Source of the DNA: Fimbriimonadia bacterium
GTDB taxonomy: Bacteria; Armatimonadota; Fimbriimonadia; Fimbriimonadales; JABRVX01
Direction of reading: 5' to 3'
DNA length: 64,000 bases
NCBI GenBank assembly: GCA_041483895.1
Contig: JBGPGO010000010.1
Location: 1 to 64,000 of the forward strand
This document shows, piece by piece, positions 9,330 to 18,821 of this stretch (the stretch's first letter is position 1; the number at the start of each line of letters is the position of its first letter). The notes beneath the pieces were generated by a model that was not told where the DNA came from, did no database searches, and was given only the letters and a program-made list of their open reading frames with translations. The translations under genes were made by a program, and so were the position numbers.

Positions 9330-10283
9330 ATGGAATATCGGAAACTTGGCAAATGGGGGATTCGGGTCAGCGAAGTTGGTTTGGGAAGTTGGCTTACGTT
9401 CGGCGGTTCGGTTCAGGACGAAAGTTCCAAAAATCTGATTCAACTTGCCTACGAGAATGGAATCAATTTCTTCGATACCGCAAACGTCTATTACAAGGGA
9501 CAGGCGGAGATCGCGGTGGCGAAGGCTATCAAGAATATTCGCCGCGACGGCATCGTCCTGGCGACCAAAGCCTACTTCCCCATGGATTCCGGTCCGAACG
9601 ACCGCGGCCTGTCCCGCAAGCATCTGTTCGAGCAGTGCAACGCCAGCCTCAAGCGGCTGCAAACGGACTACATCGATCTCTATCAGTGCCACCGGCCGGA
9701 TCCGGACACGCCCGTCGAAGAGACCGCTATGGCCATGGACGATCTATGCCGCCAAGGGAAGATTTTGTATTGGGGCGTGAGCGAATGGCCCGCCGCCGCG
9801 ATTACGGAGGCGTGCGACATCGCCCGGCGCAACCATAGCCATCCGCCGGTCAGCAACCAGCCGATTTATAATATCCTGAACCGTTACATCGAGAAGGAGG
9901 TGTTGCCGGCATGCGAGCAGGAAGGGCTCGGCCAGGTGGTCTTTTCTCCGCTTGCCCAAGGAGTGCTGACCGGCAAATACCTGCCAGGGCAGGCGCCGCC
10001 GCCGGAAAGCCGCGCGGCTGACGATAAATCCAACATCTTTATGGGCGATATCATGAAGGACGAGGTCCTGGAGAAGGTCCAGCGATTGCGCCCCATCGCG
10101 GAGGGAATCGGGCTGACAATGGCGGAAATGGCGCTGGCCTGGTGTCTTCGACAGCCGGGTGTGTCAAGCGTCATCATCGGCGCCACAAAGCAGTCGCAGC
10201 TTGATGACAATATCAAGGCTGCGGGAGTCAAGCTGTCGGAAGAGACGCTGCGCCAAATCGATGAAGTGATGCAGGTACGGTAG
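9330..10283 (+). CDS. aldo/keto reductase (Kv-beta-like subfamily)
   Basis: MEYRKLGKWGIRVSEVGLGSWLTFG; FFDTANVY; GLSRKH; LYWGVSEW; GGAGG RBS before ATG 9330. Confidence 0.92.
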   Translation: MEYRKLGKWGIRVSEVGLGSWLTFGGSVQDESSKNLIQLAYENGINFFDTANVYYKGQAEIAVAKAIKNIRRDGIVLATKAYFPMDSGPNDRGLSRKHLFEQCNASLKRLQTDYIDLYQCHRPDPDTPVEETAMAMDDLCRQGKILYWGVSEWPAAAITEACDIARRNHSHPPVSNQPIYNILNRYIEKEVLPACEQEGLGQVVFSPLAQGVLTGKYLPGQAPPPESRAADDKSNIFMGDIMKDEVLEKVQRLRPIAEGIGLTMAEMALAWCLRQPGVSSVIIGATKQSQLDDNIKAAGVKLSEETLRQIDEVMQVR

Positions 10284-10432
10284 ATCGCGAACGAACAGCC
10301 ACGCATGACTGACCCCTCAACAGCGATCTGTGAACTCGCGGAAACGAGTGCTTCGCCATTAGATTAGCCCGACAGGCGCTCCTAACGTTCGTTTGGCAAC
10401 AGGGCGGCAAGCTGTCCGAGCTGCTGCTCACC

Positions 10433-11905
10433 ATGATCCTCAATGTTGCCGCTTCCCACTTTTTGGGCCCCGGTCCGATGGGAGTGTATGCCGCCGTGGG
10501 AGCGCTGCAGGGCACGCTCGTTGTTTTCATCTCGCTCGGCTTCGAGGACAGCCTGACCAACTATCTCGGCCGCCATGCCGAGCGCCCGGGAATTGTCTCC
10601 TTCATCCTACGGGAGCTGCTGAAGCGCCGCATTGCTTTGGCTTTGGTCTCCATGGGCCTCCTCGCCGCCCTAGCGGGCCCATTGGCCGCAGCCCAGCACA
10701 TTTCCGGATACGAGTGGGCCATTTGGCTGATGGCCGCCGCAGGGGCGATGACCTCGGTCGCCTCCCTCATCAGCTTCTCGCTGATCGCCATGTTCGACGT
10801 CAAGGCCAGTACGATCGTCCGGACCGTCGCGCTTGTTGTCAATGTGGCGCTGATGTTCGCCTTGGTCCGCCATTACCAACTGCTTGGCGTGATCTGGGCG
10901 TTTGTCATCGGGAGCGCCATCTTCTTGTTCGGCCTCATCCCCGCGGTGTACAAGCGATTGACCGCGCCGCCGGAGCCGACTGAACTGAAGCCCGTGATCC
11001 GATTTGGCCTGGGGATATACGTCAACACGGTAATGAATCTCACGCTCGGCAAGCAGCTTGGCGTGCTGCTGCTGGGGCTATTCGCGATCGGTGGCGTGCG
11101 GCAGACGGAGTACGTCGGCTACTTCAACAACGCCTTCAACGCCAAGGTTCTCGTGGACACGCTGCTCATAGCGGGTTTGGGAGGTACCGCGCTGGCGGCG
11201 GCGTCCCGACTCGCGGAAAGGCGCGGGAAAGAGGGGCTGGCGGTCGCTTGGCGCCTCAACGTCAAGCTGACAACCATGCTCAGCGTCCCGACGATGATCT
11301 TCTTCCTGTTCCATGCCCGCGAGACGATCGTGTTGCTCTACGGGCACAAATTCGAACCGGCGACCACCCCATTCGTCTGGTTGACCGCGTGGGGAATTCT
11401 GGTGCGAATCTATGGCGGAGGGGCAAGCAGCACGGTAATGAGCGCCGGCGGCATGGTGCGGCTGGTGGTGCAGCAATACATCATCGGCGGCTTCGTCAGT
11501 CTGATTCTCTGCTACCTGGCGGTGCTCACGACCCGCAACGACGACCCGATGATCACGCTCATTGCGATCAGCGTGGCGCTCAGCATTGGGCTTCTCTTGG
11601 TCTCCGCGCTGGGCTTTCGGGTGGTCAAAAAGACCTACCACGTCGCATTCCCGCTCGTTTTCACGCTCAAAGTCATCCTCGGCGGCTGCATCGCCGGCGC
11701 CTCTACCCTCTGGCTTCATTCCAGCCATAGCTGGGTGATTCTGCCCCTTTCTGTTCAATACGCCGTCGTTTTCTACCTGGCGATGCGGGTTCTCAAGCCG
11801 CTGACCGCGGAAGACTTCGAAGTGGCTTCCATGGCCTCGCGGCGCATCACCCGGATTGCCCGTCCGCTGGTCGGCGAGCCTCTGCCCGAAACCGAAGTGC
11901 TATAA
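10433..11905 (+). CDS. Wzx-like polysaccharide flippase (MOP superfamily); true N-terminus probably further upstream
   Basis: Many hydrophobic segments; frame is open back to 10334 with flippase-like RLARQALLTFVWQQGGKL; adjacent to an rmlC-like gene. Confidence 0.75.
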   Translation: MILNVAASHFLGPGPMGVYAAVGALQGTLVVFISLGFEDSLTNYLGRHAERPGIVSFILRELLKRRIALALVSMGLLAALAGPLAAAQHISGYEWAIWLMAAAGAMTSVASLISFSLIAMFDVKASTIVRTVALVVNVALMFALVRHYQLLGVIWAFVIGSAIFLFGLIPAVYKRLTAPPEPTELKPVIRFGLGIYVNTVMNLTLGKQLGVLLLGLFAIGGVRQTEYVGYFNNAFNAKVLVDTLLIAGLGGTALAAASRLAERRGKEGLAVAWRLNVKLTTMLSVPTMIFFLFHARETIVLLYGHKFEPATTPFVWLTAWGILVRIYGGGASSTVMSAGGMVRLVVQQYIIGGFVSLILCYLAVLTTRNDDPMITLIAISVALSIGLLLVSALGFRVVKKTYHVAFPLVFTLKVILGGCIAGASTLWLHSSHSWVILPLSVQYAVVFYLAMRVLKPLTAEDFEVASMASRRITRIARPLVGEPLPETEVL

Positions 11906-11914
11906 TTCGGACAC

Positions 11915-12370
11915 ATGATTGAGGGCTTAAAGACCGTCCCGTTGCGACCCCACGCGGACGAACGGGGCTTCCTGATGGAGTTGCTGCGCTCCGATGATGA
12001 GCACTTCCAACGATTTGGACAGGCCTACGCCTCGCTCAACTATCCGGGCGTGGTTCGGGCTTGGCATTGGCATGAAAAGCAGACGGACTTTTGGGTTGTG
12101 CTCTCCGGAATGATCAAAGCGGCCTGCTATGACCGCCGTTCCGACGCGCCGACATTCGGTGAGGTCAATGAGTTTTTTCTCGGCGATAACAATAGAACGA
12201 TGCTGATTATTCCGCCAGGGGTTGCGCACGGGTACAAAACCATCGGCGACAATCCCTCCCTTCTTGTGAATTTCACGACGGAGCCGTATGACCGCAATCA
12301 GCCGGACGAACAGCGAATTCCTTACGATTCGCCGGACATCCCCTACTCGTGGGACATAAAGATCCACTAA
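11915..12370 (+). CDS. dTDP-4-dehydrorhamnose 3,5-epimerase family cupin
   Basis: DERGFLMELLR, PGVVRAWHWH, IPPGVAHGY. Confidence 0.85.
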   Translation: MIEGLKTVPLRPHADERGFLMELLRSDDEHFQRFGQAYASLNYPGVVRAWHWHEKQTDFWVVLSGMIKAACYDRRSDAPTFGEVNEFFLGDNNRTMLIIPPGVAHGYKTIGDNPSLLVNFTTEPYDRNQPDEQRIPYDSPDIPYSWDIKIH

Positions 12371-14019
12371 TGAAGCAAATCGAGCTAATCGCATTGGGCG
12401 GGTGCGGAGAGATCGGAAAAAACTGCACCGTTCTGCGGCAAAATCAGGACCTGATCCTGATCGATTGCGGCCTTTCCTTCCCGACGGACGAGATGTACGG
12501 AGTGGATATCGTCATCCCGGATTTCAGCTATTTGGAGGATCATCGCGACGAAATTCGTGGCGTCGTCATCACGCACGGCCATGAGGACCACGTCGGTTCA
12601 TTGCCATACCTTCTTCGGCAGTTTCCGGTGCCGGTCTGGATGAGCGATTTCACCCGCGCGATCGTCGAGCCGAAGCTTGGGGAACGGCTCCGGGGGAAGA
12701 AGGCCGAATTCCACTCGTTCATGCCCGGTGATGTGTTCGAAGTCGGACCATTTGAGGTCGAGACAATCCGGGTCACGCACAGCATTCCCGAAGCCTGCTG
12801 TCTGAGCATCAAGACGGAATTGGGAAGAGTGTTCCATACCGGCGACTTCAAGTTCGACAATACGCCGGTTGATGGCCACCTGACGGACTTGGGGCGCATG
12901 GGCGAGATCGGGAACGAGGGCGTATTGCTGATGCTGAGCGATTCCACCGGAGCGGAAACGCCGGGCTGGGGTCCGTCCGAATCGGTGGTGAGCAAGACGC
13001 TGGAAGAGATTTTCGCGGAGGCGCCCGGCAGAATCATCGTCACGACGTTTGCCTCCAACATTCATCGCGTGCAGCAAGTGGTGGATTGCGCCGCGCTCTA
13101 CGATCGCAAATTCGCCGTGGTCGGCCGGCGGATGGAGCAAAACGTCGAGATCAGCAACGCAAAAGGATATCTAAAATACAGCCAGGACAGCCGAATCAGA
13201 ATCGGCGATGTCGAGCGGCATCCCGACGATCGCGTCGTCATCATCACGACCGGCGCGCAGGGGGAGCCGCTGTCCGCTCTCACGCTCATGGCGCAAGAGG
13301 AATATCCCAAGGCTCGGATTGTCCCCGGCGACACGGTGATCATTTCGGCCTCGCCAATTCCCGGCAACGAAGCGCTGATCTGGCGCACAGTAAACCGTCT
13401 GTTTTCTTTAGGCGCACGGGTTATTTATAGCCGCATCTCGCCGATCCACGTATCCGGTCACGCATCGCAAGAAGAGCTGAAAATGATGATGGCCCTGATC
13501 CGGCCGCGGTATGTCGCGCCGGTGCATGGAGAGCCGAGACACGTGGTCCACTACAAGGACCTTGCGCGATCGATGGGATACCATAATGATGATATCCTGA
13601 CCATGGATCTTGGCGTGCCGTTGGTCATCGATGAAGAAGGCCCCTATCTTGCAGACCCGGTTCCTTGCGGGCGCGTGCTGGTGGATTCGAGCGGCGGAAG
13701 CGAGCTTTCGGAAGAGGTCGCGCGCGACCGAAAGCATCTCGCCAACGACGGGATTGTGTTCGTTACCGTCGGGATCGATTTCGAAACGGGTGACATCATC
13801 ACCGCCCCCGACTTTATCGCCAAAGGGTTCGCCAACGGTGACGAAGGCCTGTTTGAGCACGTCGGTGAAGTCCTGGTCGATGCCATCGGGTCGCTGAATA
13901 TCGTGGAGACCCGGGACGTCGAAGCGGTCCAGGCGGAAATCCGGGATCTCACGCGCAAGGTGATCCGAAAGCGCACGCAGCTCCGGCCCATCGTCGTGGC
14001 AGTTGTGCTGGAACTATAG
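12370..14019 (+). CDS. rnj: ribonuclease J
   Basis: LGGCGEIGKN, THGHEDHVG, HTGDFKFD, FASNIHR, HVSGHAS, PVHGE; ATG overlaps the upstream TAA. Confidence 0.95.
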   Translation: MKQIELIALGGCGEIGKNCTVLRQNQDLILIDCGLSFPTDEMYGVDIVIPDFSYLEDHRDEIRGVVITHGHEDHVGSLPYLLRQFPVPVWMSDFTRAIVEPKLGERLRGKKAEFHSFMPGDVFEVGPFEVETIRVTHSIPEACCLSIKTELGRVFHTGDFKFDNTPVDGHLTDLGRMGEIGNEGVLLMLSDSTGAETPGWGPSESVVSKTLEEIFAEAPGRIIVTTFASNIHRVQQVVDCAALYDRKFAVVGRRMEQNVEISNAKGYLKYSQDSRIRIGDVERHPDDRVVIITTGAQGEPLSALTLMAQEEYPKARIVPGDTVIISASPIPGNEALIWRTVNRLFSLGARVIYSRISPIHVSGHASQEELKMMMALIRPRYVAPVHGEPRHVVHYKDLARSMGYHNDDILTMDLGVPLVIDEEGPYLADPVPCGRVLVDSSGGSELSEEVARDRKHLANDGIVFVTVGIDFETGDIITAPDFIAKGFANGDEGLFEHVGEVLVDAIGSLNIVETRDVEAVQAEIRDLTRKVIRKRTQLRPIVVAVVLEL

Positions 14020-14020
14020 A

Positions 14021-16144
14021 CTAGCTGCCAAATCCCGCCGGTACCGTCACATTGAGATTCTTCACGAGAAATGCATACGCATCGGCCGTTTCATCCAACG
14101 CCTTCGACAACGATGCGGTCCCATGACCCGACTGCGTTTCGATGCGAATGAGAACCGGCGCGGAACCGGCCTGCGCAGCCTGCAGCGCCGAGATAAACTT
14201 GAAGGAGTGCGCCGGGACCACCCGGTCGTCGTGGTCCGCCGTGGTCACCAGCGTCGGCGGGTAGCTCGTGCCGGGCCGAATGTTGTGATAGGGCGATATC
14301 TTGATGAGCGAATCGAATTCCTTTTCGTTATCAGAAGTGCCGTAATCGGAAGCCCAAGCCCAGCCGATTGTGAATTTCTGGTATCGCAGCAAGTCCATCA
14401 CGCCAACCGCGGGCAGGCAGGCGCCAAACAGCTCCGGCCGCTGAGTCATGCACGCGCCGACGAGCAGCCCGCCGTTGCTGCCGCCCTCGATGGCCAGCTT
14501 CGGCGTTGACGTGTACTGATTGGCGATCAGGTATTCCGCAGCCGCGATGAAGTCGTCGTAGGCCTTCTGCCGATGGGTTTTGCGCGCCGCGTCGTGCCAT
14601 GACTTGCCGTATTCTCCGCCGCCCCGGATATTGGCGACGCACCACACCCCTCCCATCTCCAGCCACGTGGCAGTGATGGTTGAGAAGTATGGAGTCTGCG
14701 AGATGCCGAAGCCGCCGTAGCCATAGAGAATGGTCGGGTTGGCGCCGTCCAGCTTCATCCCCTTCTTGTGGGTGATGAACATCGGTACGCGCGTTCCATC
14801 CTCGCTGCGATAGAACACCTGCTCGGTCGTGAATTTGCTGACGTCGATCGGCACCTTCGGCTTGCGGAACACCGTGCTTTTTCCCGTGGCGACATCGTAG
14901 CGATACACCGTCGTCGGCGACGTGTAGCTGGTGTAGGTGTAAAAGGTTTCGTTGTCGTTCTTCTTTCCGCCAAAGCCGCTTGCTGTTCCCAGCCCCAGCA
15001 GCTTCACTACCCGAGTCAACTTTCCGGCAAGGGAGTGAACCTCGATTTGAGTGTGCGCATCGTGCAGATATTCCGCGATGAAGTGATTGCCGGTCACGTT
15101 GATGCCCTGCAGCGCATCCTTCGACTCAGGGATCACCGTCTTCCAATTCACCTGTTGCGGCTTGCGGATATCGATGGCGATGATCTTTTTGTTGGGCGCC
15201 ATTTTATCGGTCTGGAACCAAAAAATGGGGCCGTTGTTGGCGATGAAGTCGTAGGCCGCGTCGTCCTTATCCAGCAGCTTGACGATCTTGTTACCCTTCG
15301 CCTTCAGGTCTTTGTAATAGACCCGGTTCGTCTCTTTCCCATACCAAATCCCAATGATCAGGTACCGGCCGTCTTCCGTCACATCTCCGCCGAAGTTCCA
15401 TTCTTTCTGATCCGGCTTCTGGAAGATGATCTTGTCTTCGGATTTCTTGGTTCCCAAACGATGATAGTACAGCTTGTGATAGTAGTTCGCGCTTTGCAGC
15501 TCGTGGCCCGCCTTTGGCTCGTCGTAGGTGCTGTAATAGAAGCCCTTGCCGTCCTTGCTCCAGGACGCGCCGCTGAACTTGACCCACTTAATCACGTCCG
15601 GCAGATCTTTGCCCGTCTTCACGTCGCGAACGTGGAATTCGTTCCAATCGGATCCGTGGAGGGATTTTGAGTAAACGATGTGCTTGCCGTCTTCGCTGAC
15701 GGAATAGCCGCCGATCGGGTCAACTCCGCCCTTGGACATCACGTTCGGATCGATCAGCCTTCGCGGCGTGCCCTTCAGAGAGTTGGAAACGAACAGCACG
15801 GACTGATTCTGCAGACCATCGTTGCGCGTGAAGAAGTACTTCCCACCCTTCTTGAAGGGCATGCCAAATCGCTCGTAGTTCAGCACCTGGCCAAAACGCT
15901 TGCGGATTTGGGCGCGCTCCGGGATATCGTTTAGATACGCGAAAGTGACCTTGTTTTCGGCCTGCACCCAGTTCTTGGTCTCGGCGGAGTTGGCGTCTTC
16001 CAGCCAGCGGTATGGATCCGGGACCTTGGTCCCAAAGTAGTTGTCGACCGTATCGCCTTTGGGGGTGTCGGGATAGGCCAATTGGGAGTAAGCTGACGCC
16101 GTCAAGGCGAGAATCGCCATCGGGATGGGGAATTTGCTGTACAT
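14021..16144 (-). CDS. secreted prolyl oligopeptidase (S9A)
   Basis: VPDPYRWLED, GGSNGGLL, DHDDRVVPAHS, SGHG; signal peptide. Confidence 0.95.
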   Translation of the reverse strand: MYSKFPIPMAILALTASAYSQLAYPDTPKGDTVDNYFGTKVPDPYRWLEDANSAETKNWVQAENKVTFAYLNDIPERAQIRKRFGQVLNYERFGMPFKKGGKYFFTRNDGLQNQSVLFVSNSLKGTPRRLIDPNVMSKGGVDPIGGYSVSEDGKHIVYSKSLHGSDWNEFHVRDVKTGKDLPDVIKWVKFSGASWSKDGKGFYYSTYDEPKAGHELQSANYYHKLYYHRLGTKKSEDKIIFQKPDQKEWNFGGDVTEDGRYLIIGIWYGKETNRVYYKDLKAKGNKIVKLLDKDDAAYDFIANNGPIFWFQTDKMAPNKKIIAIDIRKPQQVNWKTVIPESKDALQGINVTGNHFIAEYLHDAHTQIEVHSLAGKLTRVVKLLGLGTASGFGGKKNDNETFYTYTSYTSPTTVYRYDVATGKSTVFRKPKVPIDVSKFTTEQVFYRSEDGTRVPMFITHKKGMKLDGANPTILYGYGGFGISQTPYFSTITATWLEMGGVWCVANIRGGGEYGKSWHDAARKTHRQKAYDDFIAAAEYLIANQYTSTPKLAIEGGSNGGLLVGACMTQRPELFGACLPAVGVMDLLRYQKFTIGWAWASDYGTSDNEKEFDSLIKISPYHNIRPGTSYPPTLVTTADHDDRVVPAHSFKFISALQAAQAGSAPVLIRIETQSGHGTASLSKALDETADAYAFLVKNLNVTVPAGFGS

Positions 16145-16173
16145 CGTTTCACCTCTTCCGACAGATATACCCG

Positions 16174-16271
16174 GTAGCCGCATGCTTTAGCTTGCGCCAT
16201 GAACTGCCCTCCTGTAGGCGCACGCTTTAGCTTGCTCTAATCGGGCTTCGCAGGCTAAAGCGTGCGCCTAC
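16174..16271. repeat. GTAG-type REP cluster, family A (3 copies)
   Basis: gtagccgcatgctttagcttgcg, gtaggcgcacgctttagcttgc and inverted cgcaggctaaagcgtgcgcctac; same family as 5535-5623. Confidence 0.8.
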
Positions 16272-16308
16272 AGGGGTATGTGCCTGGATTTGGCAGTCGG
16301 CGCTTGGT

Positions 16309-16324
16309 TGGCATGCCGGATGCA
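16309..16324 (+). promoter_or_regulatory. candidate sigma-54 (-24/-12) promoter
   Basis: TGGCATGCCGGATGCA, GG-N10-GC spacing, close to the TGGCACG-N4-TTGC consensus. Confidence 0.4.
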
Positions 16325-16420
16325 TGATGTCAATCGAGCAACAATCATGGATAGCCCCCAGGTACGGGGCATGCGGCCTGATACAGCACATCACCAAACC
16401 GCAAACAGCACCTTCCCACC

Positions 16421-16449
16421 GAGGAGCCCGCCAGGGCTCCTTCTCCTTT
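16421..16449 (+). terminator. hairpin/terminator
   Basis: ggagccc-gcca-gggctcc followed by ttctccttt. Confidence 0.5.
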
Positions 16450-16467
16450 AAGCAGGTACCCCACAGC

Positions 16468-16708
16468 GTAGCCGCGGTTCCTCGTTCTGACTACTGATCG
16501 AATTGCTGCGCCGAAGAACCGCGCAATCCCGTCCCAAAGCCTGCGACCTTTGGTTATTGGCAATTACAGCCGTAATTCGCGGTTCTTGTGGTTGGCAATC
16601 GATCGGGTATCGGTGCGAGGAACCGCGGCTACCTTGGAATCCAGGACGATAAGTTCGCGGTTCTTGTGGTTGGCAATCGTAGGCATCGGTGCGAGGAACC
16701 GCGGCTAC
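16468..16708. repeat. long-loop GTAG REP-like cluster, family B (3 copies)
   Basis: gtagccgcggttcctcg...aagaaccgcg at 16468-16523; inverted copies at 16578-16632 and 16656-16708. Confidence 0.8.
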
Positions 16709-17382
16709 TGAAATCCGCATTTCAACAAGTGCTGTGCAAGTGCGCCGCGAAAGACATTTGGTTCCGGGAAGGGCACTTTTTTCCGATCCGGGGCAATTCG
16801 GTCCAGATAGATCTCCTCCGGCGGCACGGGATATTGTCCGGCGGGAATGCTGGCCTGCATCAAGGCGGCATGCCTCGTTACCCGAAGCGCCGTCCCCGCC
16901 ACCTTCGCGCCGGTCAAGACTTCCACAATATCGTGGGGACTTGTGGTGAGGAAGCAGTCCGCGGGAATTGGGTTGCCGGCGGCCACAGGGGAACCTGCCC
17001 CGAACCCCGCCATGACTCCGCAGGCCCGCAACGCCTCCACAATCGAGGTCGCCAATTCCCGGTATATCTGGTGCAGGGAGTCGCCGGCTTCGGATCGCGG
17101 AGCGGCAACGGAGAGCGTGATATCCGTCCCATGCAGCACCGCCCATCCGCCTGTCGGACGCGAAACCCACCGCACCCCATATCGCTCGCAGGCCGCAAAG
17201 TCCAGCGCGCTCTCCGGTTTCTGATATCGGCCCAAAGAGACCCATGGGCCGTCCCATTCATAGATGCGCGCGGTCGAAATCCCACGGGTGGCGGCATCGA
17301 GCGCGGAGGAATCCAGCGCCATGTTTTCCAGGCCGTCGAGCCGGCCGTCTAGTCGCAGGATGCGGGTTGCGGTTGCTTCCAT
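16705..17382 (-). CDS. lipoate-protein ligase A / LipM-like family protein
   Basis: NMALD, VSLGRYQ, VSRPTGGWAVLH, KVAGTA; follows the gcvP genes. Confidence 0.85.
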   Translation of the reverse strand: MEATATRILRLDGRLDGLENMALDSSALDAATRGISTARIYEWDGPWVSLGRYQKPESALDFAACERYGVRWVSRPTGGWAVLHGTDITLSVAAPRSEAGDSLHQIYRELATSIVEALRACGVMAGFGAGSPVAAGNPIPADCFLTTSPHDIVEVLTGAKVAGTALRVTRHAALMQASIPAGQYPVPPEEIYLDRIAPDRKKVPFPEPNVFRGALAQHLLKCGFQ

Positions 17383-18821
17383 CGCAAATTGAGAGATCGG
17401 GCGGCGGTGGCCTCATCCATCCGCCGCACCACTGCCGTGTAAGGAGCGCCCTTCACCATTTCCGGCTCCGTTTCTGCCTCCTTCGCGATGGCGAGAAGCG
17501 CATCGCAGAGCCGATCGATCCATTCCTTGTTCTCCGTCTCCGTCGGCTCGATCATCATCGCTTCATGCACGATGAGCGGGAAATAGTTGGTCATCGGGTG
17601 ACAGCCGTAATCGATCAGGCGCTTGCTCACATCCAAGACGCGAACGCCGGTCTTCTGCTTGAGCGGTTCGCCGGTCAGCACGCACTCGTGCATGCAGTAT
17701 CGATCGAACGCAGGCGGAAAAACGTCGTGTAGCCGCGCCTGGACATAGTTGGCATTGAGCACAGCATATCGCGCGACGTCCGGCAACAGATCGTGTCCGT
17801 ACGCCAGCACATACGTGAGCGCGCGGACCGCCAGCAGGAAGTTTCCATGGAAGGAATGCACTCGACCCACCGATTTGGGCCGGTCCGCGTTCAAGAAGTA
17901 ATGGCCGTCCTTCTCGGTCGCCAGGGGCGTCGGCATGTATGGCGCCAGATTGTCGTGGCAGCCGATCATGCCGCATCCCGGCCCTCCCCCTCCATGGGGT
18001 GTGGAGAAGGTCTTGTGCAAATTAAGGTGCATGCAGTCGAAGCCCATGTCCCCGGGCCGGGCGATGCCGACGAGCGCGTTCATGTTCGCCCCGTCGCAAA
18101 ACGTCATCCCGCCCGCCTTGTGGACCATATCTGTTATCTGCCGGATATTGCGCTCGAACAGGCCGAGCGTATTCGGATTGGTCAACATCATTCCCGCCAC
18201 GTCCGGGCCGAGCTGCTCCGAGAGCGCGTTGAGGTCGGTGTTGCCATGCGCGTCCGTGGCCACCGACCGCACCGAATAGCCGCAGCGCGCCGCGGAGGCC
18301 GGGTTGGTGCCGTGCGCGGAGTCGGGAACGAGAATCACGGTTCTGCCGATGTCGCCACGCTCGGTGTGATATGCCTTGATCATCATCAGGCACAGGTGCT
18401 CGCCCGCCGCGCCGGCAGAAGGTTGCGCGCTGGCGTGCGAAAAGCCGGATATCTCCGCCATGATGTTTTGCAGCTCGACCAGAAGCCGAATGGCGCCTTG
18501 CGCCGTCTCTTCCGGCTGCATGGGGTGCACGCCCGCAAATCCGGGCAACGCGGCGGTCTTTTCGTTGATCCGGGGATTATATTTCATGGTGCAACTGCCG
18601 AGCGGATAGATGCCCACGTCGATTCCGTAGGTCCGACGGCTGAGGTTCGTGAAGTGGCGAATGGTTTCCAGTTCATCCACTTCGGGCAGCGCGGCCGGTT
18701 CCCGAACATTCTCCGCCGCGATCAGGTCAGCGATCGGGGAATCCGGCACGTCGGTCCGTGGGATCATGGCCCCGATTCGCCCGGCGCGGCCTTTTTCGAA
18801 GATCAGCGGGAAGTCGCTCAT
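17349..18821 (-). CDS. gcvPB: glycine dehydrogenase subunit 2
   Basis: YPLGSCTMKYNP, DSAHGTNPASA, HLNLHKTFSTPHGGGGPG, MIEPTETE. Confidence 0.96.
   Translation of the reverse strand: MSDFPLIFEKGRAGRIGAMIPRTDVPDSPIADLIAAENVREPAALPEVDELETIRHFTNLSRRTYGIDVGIYPLGSCTMKYNPRINEKTAALPGFAGVHPMQPEETAQGAIRLLVELQNIMAEISGFSHASAQPSAGAAGEHLCLMMIKAYHTERGDIGRTVILVPDSAHGTNPASAARCGYSVRSVATDAHGNTDLNALSEQLGPDVAGMMLTNPNTLGLFERNIRQITDMVHKAGGMTFCDGANMNALVGIARPGDMGFDCMHLNLHKTFSTPHGGGGPGCGMIGCHDNLAPYMPTPLATEKDGHYFLNADRPKSVGRVHSFHGNFLLAVRALTYVLAYGHDLLPDVARYAVLNANYVQARLHDVFPPAFDRYCMHECVLTGEPLKQKTGVRVLDVSKRLIDYGCHPMTNYFPLIVHEAMMIEPTETENKEWIDRLCDALLAIAKEAETEPEMVKGAPYTAVVRRMDEATAARSLNLRWKQPQPASCD

Noticed and set aside
16578..16708. 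Tandem repeats here and at 21964-22080 as CRISPR arrays
   Set aside because: Only two same-orientation copies plus an inverted one, ~55-nt units with GTAG ends, no unique spacer series and no cas genes; REP-like instead.
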